DNA of 64,000 bases from an uncultured Gemmatimonadaceae bacterium (GCA_963790305.1 CAWBOC010000007.1:192001-256000), one strand, 5' to 3'. Numbered from the stretch's first letter, positions 9,180-19,778 are shown. The notes: generated by a model from the sequence alone, not told the origin. Program-made: numbers and translations.

Positions 9180-9824
9180 CTATTCCCGTCGCCGCCGCTG
9201 GCGCCTCACGACCAAGGGCGTCCCAATGAGCGCGATCGCGGCAAACGAAAACCACTGAACGGCATAGTTGAGGTGCGGCCCCTCGTCGCCGAAAGCCGGG
9301 GCCTGGAGACGCGCCGGACGGTCGCCAGCCGCTGATGGAGCCGCCCCGGAATCCGGGAGGGCGACCACGTAGAGCGACCCTGCGACCGACTCCCGAAGAG
9401 ACGACGGAAGCTCGTCGACGTAGCCGACGAACTGAGCCCGCTCCCCCTCATGCCATCGCGAAAGATCGATCGTCCGCGCATCGGGCGAATAAACCCAGCC
9501 GCGATTCACGAGGATTGGCCTCTCATCGCTCGCGATTACCGGAGTGATCACGTGCACCCCCGGTGAGCCGCTGCGCGTGCGGCCCCCGACGGTCGTCTCA
9601 CGCGCATAGTCCCAACGACCGCTCACGGAGACTCGCCGGAATCGCGGCACCGAATCACGCGTCGCCCTCTCAGCCGAAATTGGCGGATCTTTAAAGGCTG
9701 CCGCGATGGTCGCGTTGTGCGCCTGCCGTTGGTCGAGCCGGTCGAGCTGCCAGAGCCCGAGGCGCACGCACACGGCGGCGACGAGAGCGGCGGCGACCAG
9801 CGGAATCCACGAGCGAGCGGGCAT
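9180..9824 (-). CDS. SURF1 family protein
   Basis: LGLWQLDR, ILVNRGWV, HLNYAVQWF motifs. Confidence 0.9.
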   Translation of the reverse strand: MPARSWIPLVAAALVAAVCVRLGLWQLDRLDQRQAHNATIAAAFKDPPISAERATRDSVPRFRRVSVSGRWDYARETTVGGRTRSGSPGVHVITPVIASDERPILVNRGWVYSPDARTIDLSRWHEGERAQFVGYVDELPSSLRESVAGSLYVVALPDSGAAPSAAGDRPARLQAPAFGDEGPHLNYAVQWFSFAAIALIGTPLVVRRQRRRRE

Positions 9825-9844
9825 GCGTCGCGGGTGGGCGCAGA

Positions 9845-10654
9845 TCAGAACAGGGAAAGCTGCTCGCCGAGCTCGGAGGGCTCGACGGGCCGCTGTCCGA
9901 GCAAACGTTGCAGCTCTCGCGCGGACTGCGGGCTGTGCCCCGCGAAATGATTGTTCACATAGCCGAACACTTCGGTCGCGCGCTGGGCGAGCTGCGAAAT
10001 GATCGCGGCCCACTGCTCCAGCTCCCGCGAGCGATCCACCTGAATTCGCGAGTAATCGGCGATCTCGCGGCTGGGACCCATCCACCGCATATACGAGAAC
10101 CGCGCGGTCGGTCGCTCGGCCAGCGAGAGCATGGTTCGACGCGGGATCCAGCGCGCATCCGTCAGCGTGAGCGCGACCTCGTGCTCGGCGAGCAGCGCGA
10201 TGATTCCATCGTGGATCCACCCGCGGTCGCGGAACTCGATCGCGACGCGGATGTCTGCCGGGAGGGTGGGGAGGAATGCGGCCAGCGCAGGGAGCTCCGC
10301 CGGTCCGAAATCGGGTCCGAGTTGAACGAGGATAGGCCCGAGCTTGGGACCGAGCAACCGAGCGCGCTCGACGAATTGCGACAGGAGGTCCTTGCTGTCG
10401 CGAAGGCGACGCTCGTGCGTAATCTCCTGCGGCAGCTTGAGCGCGAAGACGAAATCGTCAGGCGTCCGCTCGACCCATCCCTGAACGACTTTCTCCGACG
10501 GGATCGCGTAGAAGGTCGAGTCGACCTCGACGGTGTTGAACGCCCGGGAATACAGCGACAGGAAATCCGCCGGGCGCGAGCCCTCAGGATAGAATGGGCC
10601 TACCCACGCGTCGTAGTTCCATCCTTGCGTTCCGATGCGCACGTTCGAGGGCAT
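9845..10654 (-). CDS. DUF72 (YecE/YunF-like) protein
   Basis: RIGTQGWNY, TVEVDSTFY, GPILVQL, YVNNH motifs. Confidence 0.92.
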   Translation of the reverse strand: MPSNVRIGTQGWNYDAWVGPFYPEGSRPADFLSLYSRAFNTVEVDSTFYAIPSEKVVQGWVERTPDDFVFALKLPQEITHERRLRDSKDLLSQFVERARLLGPKLGPILVQLGPDFGPAELPALAAFLPTLPADIRVAIEFRDRGWIHDGIIALLAEHEVALTLTDARWIPRRTMLSLAERPTARFSYMRWMGPSREIADYSRIQVDRSRELEQWAAIISQLAQRATEVFGYVNNHFAGHSPQSARELQRLLGQRPVEPSELGEQLSLF

Positions 10655-10694
10655 TGTGCAAAGGGGCGACGAGGACGCGAGCGTGTCAAGCCGA

Positions 10695-11648
10695 TCAGCG
10701 AACCCAGATCTCGAGCCCGCCTTGGGCGTTGCCAAGCCGCGTGTCCAGCCGACCGAGCGGAGTGAGTACGGACTGGACCGTCCGCGCTGCGCGCAGCTCT
10801 CCACTGGCGTAGGTGATAGCGTTGCCGGGCCAGGTTTCGCCGCCCCACACGGGCCTCGGCAGCGTGCGTGCGCCAAGGCAATTCAGTTTGGCGATCGCAT
10901 CGAGCCCCGCGTCGGGCTGCCGTGAATCGAAGTGCACGATGACGTCGCGACCGGAAAGGGCGCGAGCATGCGCGCTCTGCTCGGCGCACTGGGCGGACGG
11001 CACTAGGGCCCACTGAGCGCGGAGGCCTTCGAGGACGCGCTGGCGAATCGCGTGCACGTCGACGCCTCGCGCCTCGCCGTCGCCACCAACGCTCTCCACG
11101 TGCATGGCCACGACACCGGTGGCGGAGACGATCGGTGCGCCGGACACGCCCTCGGCCACCTCGAGGCCCTTGTATGACACCAGCTGCTTCGCCGCATCGA
11201 AAGCGCTTGCGTGGCCCGCCTCGTTAGGGATGTACCATTCACGCGATCGCCCGATGAACCACACCGGTTCCCCGACCCGCGGTCGCGCGGCCAGCGCATC
11301 GGGGCGCCACGCCAGGCCCTCCGGGTACGACGTGCGCACGATCGCGAGGTCGAGCGCCGGCTGTGAGCCAATAGCGTCGGCGACATAAACGATCGTGCCG
11401 AGTGCGCAGCTTTCTCCGCGGTGGGCAAAGCAGACGGTGACGGTATCGGTGGAGAGGTCGCGGAGGGTGTGCCAGGCGGTGGCGACGAGCAGGTGCCGAT
11501 CGGCCAAGCCCACGATGAATCCGAACCCGGTGTTCGCGCCGGCGTCGATGCGCGCAACGTTGCTCTTGAAAGAGGCAGGATTAGTCTGGGAGAGCGCGGC
11601 GCCTGGGCCAATGAGCGCGAACGCAAGCGCGCTCGCCGCAGCTCTCAT
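10695..11648 (-). CDS. Secreted trypsin-like (S1) serine protease with C-terminal extension
   Basis: Signal peptide; TAWH, LDLA, EGVSGAP give an intact His-Asp-Ser triad. Confidence 0.75.
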   Translation of the reverse strand: MRAAASALAFALIGPGAALSQTNPASFKSNVARIDAGANTGFGFIVGLADRHLLVATAWHTLRDLSTDTVTVCFAHRGESCALGTIVYVADAIGSQPALDLAIVRTSYPEGLAWRPDALAARPRVGEPVWFIGRSREWYIPNEAGHASAFDAAKQLVSYKGLEVAEGVSGAPIVSATGVVAMHVESVGGDGEARGVDVHAIRQRVLEGLRAQWALVPSAQCAEQSAHARALSGRDVIVHFDSRQPDAGLDAIAKLNCLGARTLPRPVWGGETWPGNAITYASGELRAARTVQSVLTPLGRLDTRLGNAQGGLEIWVR

Positions 11649-12523
11649 GGTTTGGCCTTGGGCAGAAAATGCACGAGGAGACCGACACCCGCGGCGATGA
11701 ACGCAATCGCGAGCCGCCAATGCGTGTGCGTCAAATGCTCGAGCATGGGTGGGCGCAAGTCGCGGCGGGCGATGGATGGCCGGGATGCCTTCCCCTTGAA
11801 CAGCGTTCGGATGGTGTCCCGTACGACCAGCTCTGCGATGCTCCCTTCGAGCTCCCCGAGCGTCACCGCATCACCGACGTGAGCAGTTGGCGCCGCCTCT
11901 CCCACCTCGCCCACGTCGGGGAGCTCCATGCGAGCACCGAGGATCGCGCTGCGAACGAGCCCGGTGTCACTGGTCTCGAAACGAATCGCCGAAACGGGAA
12001 GATTTCGAAAGTGCAGTGGATACGGCGGCTCGAATATGAGGGTCGCTGGCGCGCCCAGCTCGACGGGGCGCCGAACCTCCACCGGCAGGAAGTTGACAGA
12101 ATCGGCCAACGTCAAATCAGCCGACATCCGACAGGGGGCGGTCGAGCCAGCTGGCCACTCGACATCGAGCCGGATCAGGCGATCGACATAGTGCTCGAGG
12201 CGCACCGCGCACCCGGGCGTCACCTCGAGGCGCTGGAGCGAGTGGAGGCTGTTCGGAGAGGCGACAATGGGTGCGCCGGTGAACGCGCGCAGCGATGCGT
12301 CGTTAGGCAGCGCGGGCGTGAATCGAATGCCGGTGAAGGGCGAGCCGCCCGGTTCCAGCCCATATCGCGGGGCTACCGCCGTCACGAGGTCCAACGTCCG
12401 CGACGGGACGAACACCACCGCGTGGCTTCTGGCCTCCAGCACGACGTTGGGTCGTGCCTTCTTGAAGATCAACCCTGCCGCAATCAAGCCCAGGATAATG
12501 GTAAGTCCGATGAGGACTCGCAT
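11645..12523 (-). CDS. Hypothetical protein with N- and C-terminal TM helices
   Basis: Hydrophobic ends; stop overlaps start of protease gene. Confidence 0.65.
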   Translation of the reverse strand: MRVLIGLTIILGLIAAGLIFKKARPNVVLEARSHAVVFVPSRTLDLVTAVAPRYGLEPGGSPFTGIRFTPALPNDASLRAFTGAPIVASPNSLHSLQRLEVTPGCAVRLEHYVDRLIRLDVEWPAGSTAPCRMSADLTLADSVNFLPVEVRRPVELGAPATLIFEPPYPLHFRNLPVSAIRFETSDTGLVRSAILGARMELPDVGEVGEAAPTAHVGDAVTLGELEGSIAELVVRDTIRTLFKGKASRPSIARRDLRPPMLEHLTHTHWRLAIAFIAAGVGLLVHFLPKAKP

Positions 12524-12633
12524 TCGTCGAGGCTCTGTCCACCGCAACGGGGCCACGCGCGGCGGACGCAACTCCGTCACACCGGGATGGGCGATGCGCT
12601 CCGGCGGATCGCGCGGAGGTGCGGCGGATCCGC

Positions 12634-13431
12634 TCACCAGAAATAGATGCTCAGGTGTACCGGACGGCCGAACGCCTGTGCGCCGCGAGGCCTCCATCGG
12701 ATCATCAGCTGATGCTCGCCCTCGGGCTGCGGCGGGATCATGATGCGGAAGTATCCGTCCGCGTTGCCTTCGATCGGCGACACGCGCTCACACGTCGGCG
12801 TGGTCGCGACTGTCTGCGCCGCACCCGGCTCCTCCGCCAACCAACACAGCTCGGCCGCCATGGGCACCCGCACGATCAACTCCACCGGCTCCGCCCCACC
12901 GCCCGCGCGCCCTCGAGTGATCTCGAGGGGGACGAAGATCGGACCTCCCAGGCCTCCGTCCGGACCGCGACGTCTCGCCAATCCGTACACGCCAATCTTG
13001 CCACTATCCAGGTCCATCGGCTTAACGACTGCTCCCAAATTCCATCGCATCTGACTATCGACACGGACGGAACCATCGAGCGCCCAGTGCAGATTCGCCT
13101 GGCGGGCGCGACCGATCACGCGCACGTCGGGGTCCAGCCGCACCGTGTTCGGTCGAGCCTTCACATACAGCACGCTGTCGGAGGGAGAGTCCTTCCCATA
13201 GCGGAGCGCGCCACGGACGAGCGAGACGACCTGCACGCCGACGGGGGCGCTCTGCAGCCCAATGTACATGCCTTCGCAGGCGTAGGGGCGCTTCTTGTAC
13301 CCCACTTCGCCGGGCGCGGGCTTCACCAATGCATCACACTGCGCCTCCGCGAATCGCGGCGCGAGCGCAATGACCGCTATCGCAATACGGCCGCCCGCCG
13401 CACGCACCCCGCGCGGCGATCGGCGACTCAC
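12634..13431 (-). CDS. Secreted hypothetical protein
   Basis: Signal peptide, Cys pairs (CDAL...CEGMY); start overlaps upstream stop. Confidence 0.65.
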   Translation of the reverse strand: MSRRSPRGVRAAGGRIAIAVIALAPRFAEAQCDALVKPAPGEVGYKKRPYACEGMYIGLQSAPVGVQVVSLVRGALRYGKDSPSDSVLYVKARPNTVRLDPDVRVIGRARQANLHWALDGSVRVDSQMRWNLGAVVKPMDLDSGKIGVYGLARRRGPDGGLGGPIFVPLEITRGRAGGGAEPVELIVRVPMAAELCWLAEEPGAAQTVATTPTCERVSPIEGNADGYFRIMIPPQPEGEHQLMIRWRPRGAQAFGRPVHLSIYFW

Positions 13432-14153
13432 GGGGTCTCCGGCCCGCTCGTTATGCTGCGGCGGCCTGCCGGCGACGTCTTGCGGACGGGGAGCGACGTG
13501 GCAAGCTGCGCGGCGGCCGTCTCCAGCGCCGTCGCCTGGGCCTCGCCCAGCGCTCCTTCATGGCAGATCGTCGCCTTGTGCGTAGCGACCCAGGGCACAT
13601 CTCCCGCGTCGACGTGCAGCCAGCGCGCGGACAAGTGCACGGTCGCCTGCACTCCCGCATTCGGTTGACCGTTCACGGCGCAGCGACCCGCGTCCACACG
13701 GCGCATGTCGACGACGACGACCGCGTCTATGCCCTTGATGAAGTCTCTCAACTGGGCAAGGTCCTGGTCGGTCCACGCATCACCGCGCGACATCTGCGTT
13801 CGCACCTGTTCGGCGTCAGCGCTCGCCGCGAGGAGATACCCGTTCTCCACCAGCCGGCTCTCGAAGGCGTCGCGTACCATGCCCTGCGTGCCCGCTTCGC
13901 GGAATCGGCCGGTGCCGTCGAACACGGTGACGGCGATGCTCTCGTAGCCGCCGGGCTCGAAGAGCTCGGACTGACGAACTGTCCCGCATACACCCTGGAC
14001 GTCGCAACGAATCGATCGCGCATCCGAGACGGCGCTCTTCGTCTCGGAGACCTTCTTCTTCAGCCGATCCAGCAGCTGGGCGTCACCGCGCTCGACAGCA
14101 ATACCCAGAGCGCTGACAGTCGTTGCGATGAGCAGAGTGCGTGAAGCGGTCAT
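13428..14153 (-). CDS. Secreted protein, possibly CsgG/LpoB-like alpha/beta fold
   Basis: Signal peptide, AQLLDRLKKK; IAVTVFD...AFESRLV...IDAVVV...ARWLHVDAGDVPW pattern. Confidence 0.55.
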   Translation of the reverse strand: MTASRTLLIATTVSALGIAVERGDAQLLDRLKKKVSETKSAVSDARSIRCDVQGVCGTVRQSELFEPGGYESIAVTVFDGTGRFREAGTQGMVRDAFESRLVENGYLLAASADAEQVRTQMSRGDAWTDQDLAQLRDFIKGIDAVVVVDMRRVDAGRCAVNGQPNAGVQATVHLSARWLHVDAGDVPWVATHKATICHEGALGEAQATALETAAAQLATSLPVRKTSPAGRRSITSGPETP

Positions 14154-14346
14154 GCGCGTCTCCCGAGCAAAGCGTGGCAGGGCAACGCGGACCGGAGCGG
14201 ACGAAGAGACCGTCCGCGGCTGGATGGATGGGCCGGACCGGATGAAGAGTGTATGGGTTACTGCCTGGCGCTGCAAGACACCTCTGTGATCGGTAGCGAC
14301 CCCGCGCGACGCAGGCGATTTTGACCGATGACCCTAACGCCCAAAC

Positions 14347-14889
14347 ATGAGCTTCGACCTCGCGCCTTCCATTGAAGTCCTCCGCCGCACCCCGGCGACC
14401 CTTCGCGCCCTGCTCGGTGGGCTGGACGACCGCTGGATCCGTGGGACGGAAGGTCCGGACACGTTCAGTCCCTTCGACGTCGTCGGCCATCTGATCGATG
14501 GCGAGGAGACCGACTGGATGTCACGCGCGCGAATCATCCTCGCGCGCGGCCCCAACCTTACCTTCGAGCCGTACGACCGGTTTCGTCACTACGCCCGCAA
14601 TCGGGGCCGCTCGCTGGCGTCGCTGCTCGACGAGCTCGCTGCCCTGCGCGTGGCAAACCTCGACGAGCTGACGTCATGGAAGCTCACCGCGGTCGAGCTC
14701 GCGCTGCCCGGAGAGCATCCCACCCTCGGTCGGGTGACACTGCAGCAGCTGCTCGCGACATGGGTGGTCCACGATCTGGGTCATATCGCCCAGATCGCGC
14801 GCGTCATGGCGAAACAGTATCGCGAGGAAGTCGGCCCGTGGGTGCCGTATCTACCCGTGCTCACCGACCACGAGCGGCCACGGTCGTAA
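14347..14889 (+). CDS. DinB family protein
   Basis: FSPFDVVGHL, WVVHDLGHIAQI His triad. Confidence 0.88.
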   Translation: MSFDLAPSIEVLRRTPATLRALLGGLDDRWIRGTEGPDTFSPFDVVGHLIDGEETDWMSRARIILARGPNLTFEPYDRFRHYARNRGRSLASLLDELAALRVANLDELTSWKLTAVELALPGEHPTLGRVTLQQLLATWVVHDLGHIAQIARVMAKQYREEVGPWVPYLPVLTDHERPRS

Positions 14890-14894
14890 GAACC

Positions 14895-15911
14895 CTACTG
14901 CTTCGCCATGTCGTCGACTTGCTGCTTGAGCGTCTCCATGACGCTTCCGAACTCGTCGACGCTTGCCGTGGGAAGCCAGTCGGGTCCGACGGGTTTCACG
15001 ACCCCGGAGAACGACGGAATGTCGGTAAAGGAATCCTCTTCGGCGAGTGTCGCGAGACCGCCAATCAGGAGTGCGGTGCCAGCCACGACGAATCCCGTGC
15101 GCCATTGGCGCGTGCGCGAAAAGCTGGTGGCGAGCGCGAGATGCCCGGCGACAAGGGCCGCGAGCATGAAAAGTCCGATGGCGATCGAGAGGACGTCGGC
15201 AAGGCTCGCATCGGGGAAGAAGAACGACAGCCACTCCGCGGCCATCGTCCAGACGAGTCCTCCCAGTGTCACGAGCGACGCAACCGCCATGTGGCCCACG
15301 AAATGGAAACGCTGCACGCTCACTCGACTCGCCACGGCCCAGATCCCCGCCCATATGGAGATCAACGCGGCAAAGCCGAGCGCGGCGTAAAGCGCGTCGC
15401 TCGCGCTGGACCGCTCCGCGCTTCCGAGCCAGCTGTACACCGCAAACGCCGACGCCGCGATCCCTACGGTCAATAGCCGTCCCCATGTCGTTTGTGCGGT
15501 TCGCGCCATGGCGGCGGCAAGGGGCGCGCGCCGTGGCAGCACGACCTTGGGCTCGGCAACCGTCGTGACAGGCACGGGCCGGGCCAGGGAGACGTCGGCG
15601 ATGGCGGGCGATACGGGCTCATCCGAATCGCGGAAGCGAAGCATCGTACGCCCGACGCGAATCTCTGCGCCCGGCCGCAATGGCACGCGTCCCGACAGCC
15701 TCGCATGGTCCGCGATGAGCCCGTTGACGCTTCCGAGATCCTCGATGAGCGGCGTACCCGACTCATCCAGCCCAATGCGCGCGTGGCGCGCGTCGACGTA
15801 CGGATCGTCGAGAATGAGGTCGTTCGCGAAGCCGCGACCCACCGTCACAGGTGCGTCGCCGAGGCGGTGCCAGGTGCGCGCCCCGCCGGGGTGCACTACT
15901 TCCAGAATCAT
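14895..15911 (-). CDS. FHA-domain membrane protein
   Basis: VGRGFAND...YVDARHA...DLGSVNG FHA signature followed by about 5 TM helices; ATGA overlap with upstream protease. Confidence 0.88.
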   Translation of the reverse strand: MILEVVHPGGARTWHRLGDAPVTVGRGFANDLILDDPYVDARHARIGLDESGTPLIEDLGSVNGLIADHARLSGRVPLRPGAEIRVGRTMLRFRDSDEPVSPAIADVSLARPVPVTTVAEPKVVLPRRAPLAAAMARTAQTTWGRLLTVGIAASAFAVYSWLGSAERSSASDALYAALGFAALISIWAGIWAVASRVSVQRFHFVGHMAVASLVTLGGLVWTMAAEWLSFFFPDASLADVLSIAIGLFMLAALVAGHLALATSFSRTRQWRTGFVVAGTALLIGGLATLAEEDSFTDIPSFSGVVKPVGPDWLPTASVDEFGSVMETLKQQVDDMAKQ

Positions 15912-17173
15912 CGCCACGAAATCTGCTCCAGGTAGCGGCGGGCAAGTCGGTCAACGTTCTCGAAGGTGACCCCAGACATCGTGAGCGTCGAAACGAGGCC
16001 GGAGTCATCCCGCCCGAGAACCGCGACTTTCAGAACGCCGTCGTAGAGCTCGCCGAGCTTGCGATAGCGGCGCAGGCAGAGCACTGCACGCATCGGAAGC
16101 GAGGTATTCCGCACGTTGCGCGTTCCGCACGCCCAGCTCGTGACATGCTCCTCCTGACCGCTCGGCGTGTTGTCGTTGGCGAACACGCTGCTGTAGAGCG
16201 CGAAGAACTGCGAGGAGTTGAGCTTTTTCGTCGAGATCATCTCGTGCTCGACATCCACCACGCCGGTGCTCTGATCGCCGGCAATGAACAGGTAGTCGTC
16301 GGTCGAGCAGTGGTGCTGCACTTTCTCGTAAGGCAGCTCCTGGCGTCGCGTGGCGTCGGCCCAGCAGCGGAAGAACGGCGCCGGCTCGGTGACGAGCCGG
16401 TAGGGTCCGAGATCGACCATCTTTGTCTTGCCAGCGAACATGTCGCGCAGATACGCGTCCTGATGATCGCGCAGCTGGCGGCCGACCTGTTCGAGCGTGC
16501 GCGCCGGCGGCTGGTCGCCGGGAGCCAGGACCTGACCGAGCAACGCGGCGGCGCGGTCGACCGGAACGAGAAAGCTGAGCTGATTGCCGGCTGTCGCGAC
16601 GTTGATTCCGATGACGCGCCCATCTTCGGCGATCGTGGGTCCCCCGCTCATTCCCGGGTTGAGCGACCCCGTGAAGTGGATGCGCGGATGCCGCGTGTGG
16701 GCGAGGAGCCCATTGTACGTCCCTTCCACGATGCTCAGCCCGAGGTCTTCCGGATGGCCGAGCGAGTAGAGTCGATTGCCCTGGGCGACGGCGACGCTGC
16801 CGAGTGAGAAATGGGCGCGCTCGCTCAGCTCGCTGCCCAGCACCGCGAGGTCGTGCACCACATCCACTCCGAGCACGCTCACCGGCTCGACCGCGCCCGC
16901 CACATCGATCAGCTCCGCCCGGTACCGGTCCGGGTCGTGGATGAGCTTGGAGATGACGTGGTAGTTCGTGACGGAATGGCCGCTGCCGGTCACGAAGAAC
17001 CCGGAACCGATCGTGGCCTTCGCGGCCGAGCCGGTCTCGACGACCTGGATCTTGACGACGCGGTCGGCGAAGCGACTGAAGACGTCGGATGTAGCGACGC
17101 TCCGCGCCTGTGCGACGAGGTCACCGGCCCAGAGGAGGGACGCGGCCAGGAGAAGTGGACGGGCGAACGACAT
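15908..17173 (-). CDS. Secreted trypsin-like serine protease (S1C-like, no PDZ)
   Basis: GSGFFV, TNYHV, HDLA, NPGMSGGP. Confidence 0.88.
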   Translation of the reverse strand: MSFARPLLLAASLLWAGDLVAQARSVATSDVFSRFADRVVKIQVVETGSAAKATIGSGFFVTGSGHSVTNYHVISKLIHDPDRYRAELIDVAGAVEPVSVLGVDVVHDLAVLGSELSERAHFSLGSVAVAQGNRLYSLGHPEDLGLSIVEGTYNGLLAHTRHPRIHFTGSLNPGMSGGPTIAEDGRVIGINVATAGNQLSFLVPVDRAAALLGQVLAPGDQPPARTLEQVGRQLRDHQDAYLRDMFAGKTKMVDLGPYRLVTEPAPFFRCWADATRRQELPYEKVQHHCSTDDYLFIAGDQSTGVVDVEHEMISTKKLNSSQFFALYSSVFANDNTPSGQEEHVTSWACGTRNVRNTSLPMRAVLCLRRYRKLGELYDGVLKVAVLGRDDSGLVSTLTMSGVTFENVDRLARRYLEQISWR

Positions 17174-17437
17174 CAGGGGGCGGTCTGGGCTCGAAATCCG
17201 GGGGAGCCCATAGTGCGATTTTGCGCCTGACAATGCAAGGCCTAACGTGCTTCGTGAATCGCGTTTGCGAGCGGCATAACAATGACGGAGCCGAGCAACG
17301 CCCGAAGCAGCACCTGTGATCGTCCGCACAGGAAAACGCCCGTCCGACAGGTGACGGCGGCTCGCCCCATTAGTCGCCTAATGGATGAGGCGCGTGGCAC
17401 TGGGCGACGCGTCTCCCCTATTCAACCCCACCAACAA

Positions 17438-18025
17438 ATGTCGACCTATCCCACCCCCGCGGCGGTCCGCCCAACGGCAATGCCGCCGCTGAACCTGGCG
17501 AAGCTCACGGCGGTATTTCGCGGCCGCTCCATCGCCGCGGCCGTCGACGCCATCTGGGTGCCCGCGGTTGCGGCGACGCTCATTGTCGTCGCCGGCGCCG
17601 TCGGTCACTGGCTGAAACAGCCCTGGCTCTTCGCGGGTCTTGGCCCGACGGTCCTGATGCTCGCCAGCAATCCGGGTCATGAGACGACCCGCTTCCGCGC
17701 GGTGGTCACCGCCCACCTGGCGGCGATCGGCTGCGCCTACCTCGCGCTGCTGCTTCTGAACGCGAGTGGCGCGACGGCTGTCATTACGAGGGCGACCGTG
17801 CCGCTTCCGCGCGTGTGGGCCAGTGCCGCATCGCTGGCAATGCTCGCCATCCTGATGCCGCAGCTTCGCGCCTACCACCCGCCCGCTGCCGCCACGGCAC
17901 TTCTCGTGACGCTCGGCGCGTACCGGATGACCGGCAAGACTCCGCTGGCGTTGATGGCGGGCGTCGTCGCGGTCGCGGTCATGGCGGAAGTGCTTCACCG
18001 AGTGAAGCCAAGGAAGTCGAGGTAA
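17438..18025 (+). CDS. HPP family membrane protein
   Basis: YHPPAAATALL motif, several TM helices. Confidence 0.85.
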   Translation: MSTYPTPAAVRPTAMPPLNLAKLTAVFRGRSIAAAVDAIWVPAVAATLIVVAGAVGHWLKQPWLFAGLGPTVLMLASNPGHETTRFRAVVTAHLAAIGCAYLALLLLNASGATAVITRATVPLPRVWASAASLAMLAILMPQLRAYHPPAAATALLVTLGAYRMTGKTPLALMAGVVAVAVMAEVLHRVKPRKSR

Positions 18026-18104
18026 TCGAGGGTGTCGAGGTGATCGAGGTAACGTCGTTGCCTCTCCTCGATCACCTCGACGACCTGGACAACCTCGATC
18101 ACCT
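18010..18104. repeat. Family A inverted tandem 9-mer element; supplies stop codons of both convergent genes
   Basis: gtcgaggtaatcgagggtgtcgaggtgatcgagg...cctcgatcacctcgacgacctggacaacctcgatcacct. Confidence 0.9.
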
Positions 18105-19778
18105 GAGGTCTTTCAACTTTCTGCGAAGCACCTTCCCCGCCCCGGACTTCGGCAACTCGCCCACGACTACGATCTGACCGGGCACCTTGTACGGCGCCAG
18201 GCGCTCGCGGCAGTAGGCCTTGAGCTCGTCAGGCAGCGCGGTCATGCCCGCACGCGCGACGACCCATGCTTTCGGAACCTCGCCCTTCGTCGGGTCGGGC
18301 ACGGCGGCGACGCCCACTTCCGACACCGACGGGTGCGTCGAGAGCACCTCCTCGATCTCGCGCGGCCACACCTGGTAGCCACTCACCTTGATCAGGTCTT
18401 TCTTGCGATCGACGAGGAATACGTACCCATCCTCGTCGAGGTAGCCGAGGTCGCCGGTATACAACCAGGTCTCGCCGTCGGGACCCGGTCGCATCACGAG
18501 CCTGGTCTCGGCGTCGTTTCCCAAATATCCGCGCATGCGCTGCGGAGCGCGGATGATGATCTCTCCCACCTGCCCCTGCGGCATCTCGGTCGCGCCCTCC
18601 TCCGATTCGACGACGCGAATGTCCACGTCCGGCAGCGGCATGCCGATGGACCCGACCTTGTTGGGACCGCGCACCGGGTTCGCAATGGCGGCCATCTGCG
18701 CCTCGGTCAGCGAGTACCCCTCGATCAAGCGGCCGCCGGTGAGGTCCTGGTATCGGCGAATGGTCTCTCCCATGAGCGGTGCCCCGCCCGAGAAGCAGAT
18801 CTTGAGCGACGAGAAGTTCGCCTTTCCGGACGTGACGGACTGGTGATTGAGGATCGCACTGAGGAGCGCGGGAACCGTGCAGAAAAAGCTCGGGCGCTCG
18901 TGCGCGATCGAGTGCAGGATTCCCTTGATGTCGCGTGGATTCGCCACCAGCAGCATCGGCATCCGTGCGACGATCGACAGGCTCTGCACACCGATCAAGC
19001 CATACACGTGAAACAGCGGGAGTGGCACCATGAGCACGTCGCGTCCGTCCTGGAGCGCGCTGTGCAGCCAGGCATGCAGCTGAAGTCCGGCGAGAACCAT
19101 GTTACGATGCGACCCGATGACGCCCTTCGGAATTCCCGTGGTCCCGCCACTGGGAAGGATCGTCGCGTCGTCATCGGGTTCCGGCCGGCTTGCCGACTTC
19201 GGCGGGTCGTCTCGATGCAGAAGCTCTGCGAACGCGAGATCGCCATCGCGCAGCTCTACCCGATCGCCCTCGTCCTTCTCCTTGAAGGCCGTAAAGAGCA
19301 GTCGAGTGAGCGGCTTCAGGTACTCCTTGATGTTCGTCGCGATGACCGTCGTGACGGCCGTCCGCGCCTGGTATGACTTGAGTCGCTCGTAGTAGCGCGT
19401 CAGGACGACTACGACCTTCGCGCCTGACGAGGCGAGCAGCGTCGCCAGCTCCTGCTCGGTGTACACCGGGTTCAGCGGCGCCACAATGGCCCCGACCTTC
19501 CAGGTGCCGAACTCCGCAATGAGGAACTGCGGGCAGTTGGGCAGGATCAGCGCAACACGATCGCCGGCGACGACGCCAAGCTCTACCAGCGCCGCCGCGA
19601 AGGCATCGCTCAGCCGCTCGAGGTCGCCCCACGAGATGCGCTTCCCTTCGAACACGAGCCCCGGATCGTGGGCGTGCTCGCGCGCGTGGTCGGCGAGGTA
19701 GTCGAGCAGCGTGCGCTCGGGATACGGGGCGAGGGTTCGCGGGACGTCGCTGTCGTAGTGCGCGAGCCAGGGGCGCAT
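18099..19778 (-). CDS. fadD: Long-chain fatty acid--CoA ligase
   Basis: SGGTTGIPKG, EGYSLTE, YTGDLG, DRKKDLI, PKSGAGKVLRR. Confidence 0.92.
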   Translation of the reverse strand: MRPWLAHYDSDVPRTLAPYPERTLLDYLADHAREHAHDPGLVFEGKRISWGDLERLSDAFAAALVELGVVAGDRVALILPNCPQFLIAEFGTWKVGAIVAPLNPVYTEQELATLLASSGAKVVVVLTRYYERLKSYQARTAVTTVIATNIKEYLKPLTRLLFTAFKEKDEGDRVELRDGDLAFAELLHRDDPPKSASRPEPDDDATILPSGGTTGIPKGVIGSHRNMVLAGLQLHAWLHSALQDGRDVLMVPLPLFHVYGLIGVQSLSIVARMPMLLVANPRDIKGILHSIAHERPSFFCTVPALLSAILNHQSVTSGKANFSSLKICFSGGAPLMGETIRRYQDLTGGRLIEGYSLTEAQMAAIANPVRGPNKVGSIGMPLPDVDIRVVESEEGATEMPQGQVGEIIIRAPQRMRGYLGNDAETRLVMRPGPDGETWLYTGDLGYLDEDGYVFLVDRKKDLIKVSGYQVWPREIEEVLSTHPSVSEVGVAAVPDPTKGEVPKAWVVARAGMTALPDELKAYCRERLAPYKVPGQIVVVGELPKSGAGKVLRRKLKDLR

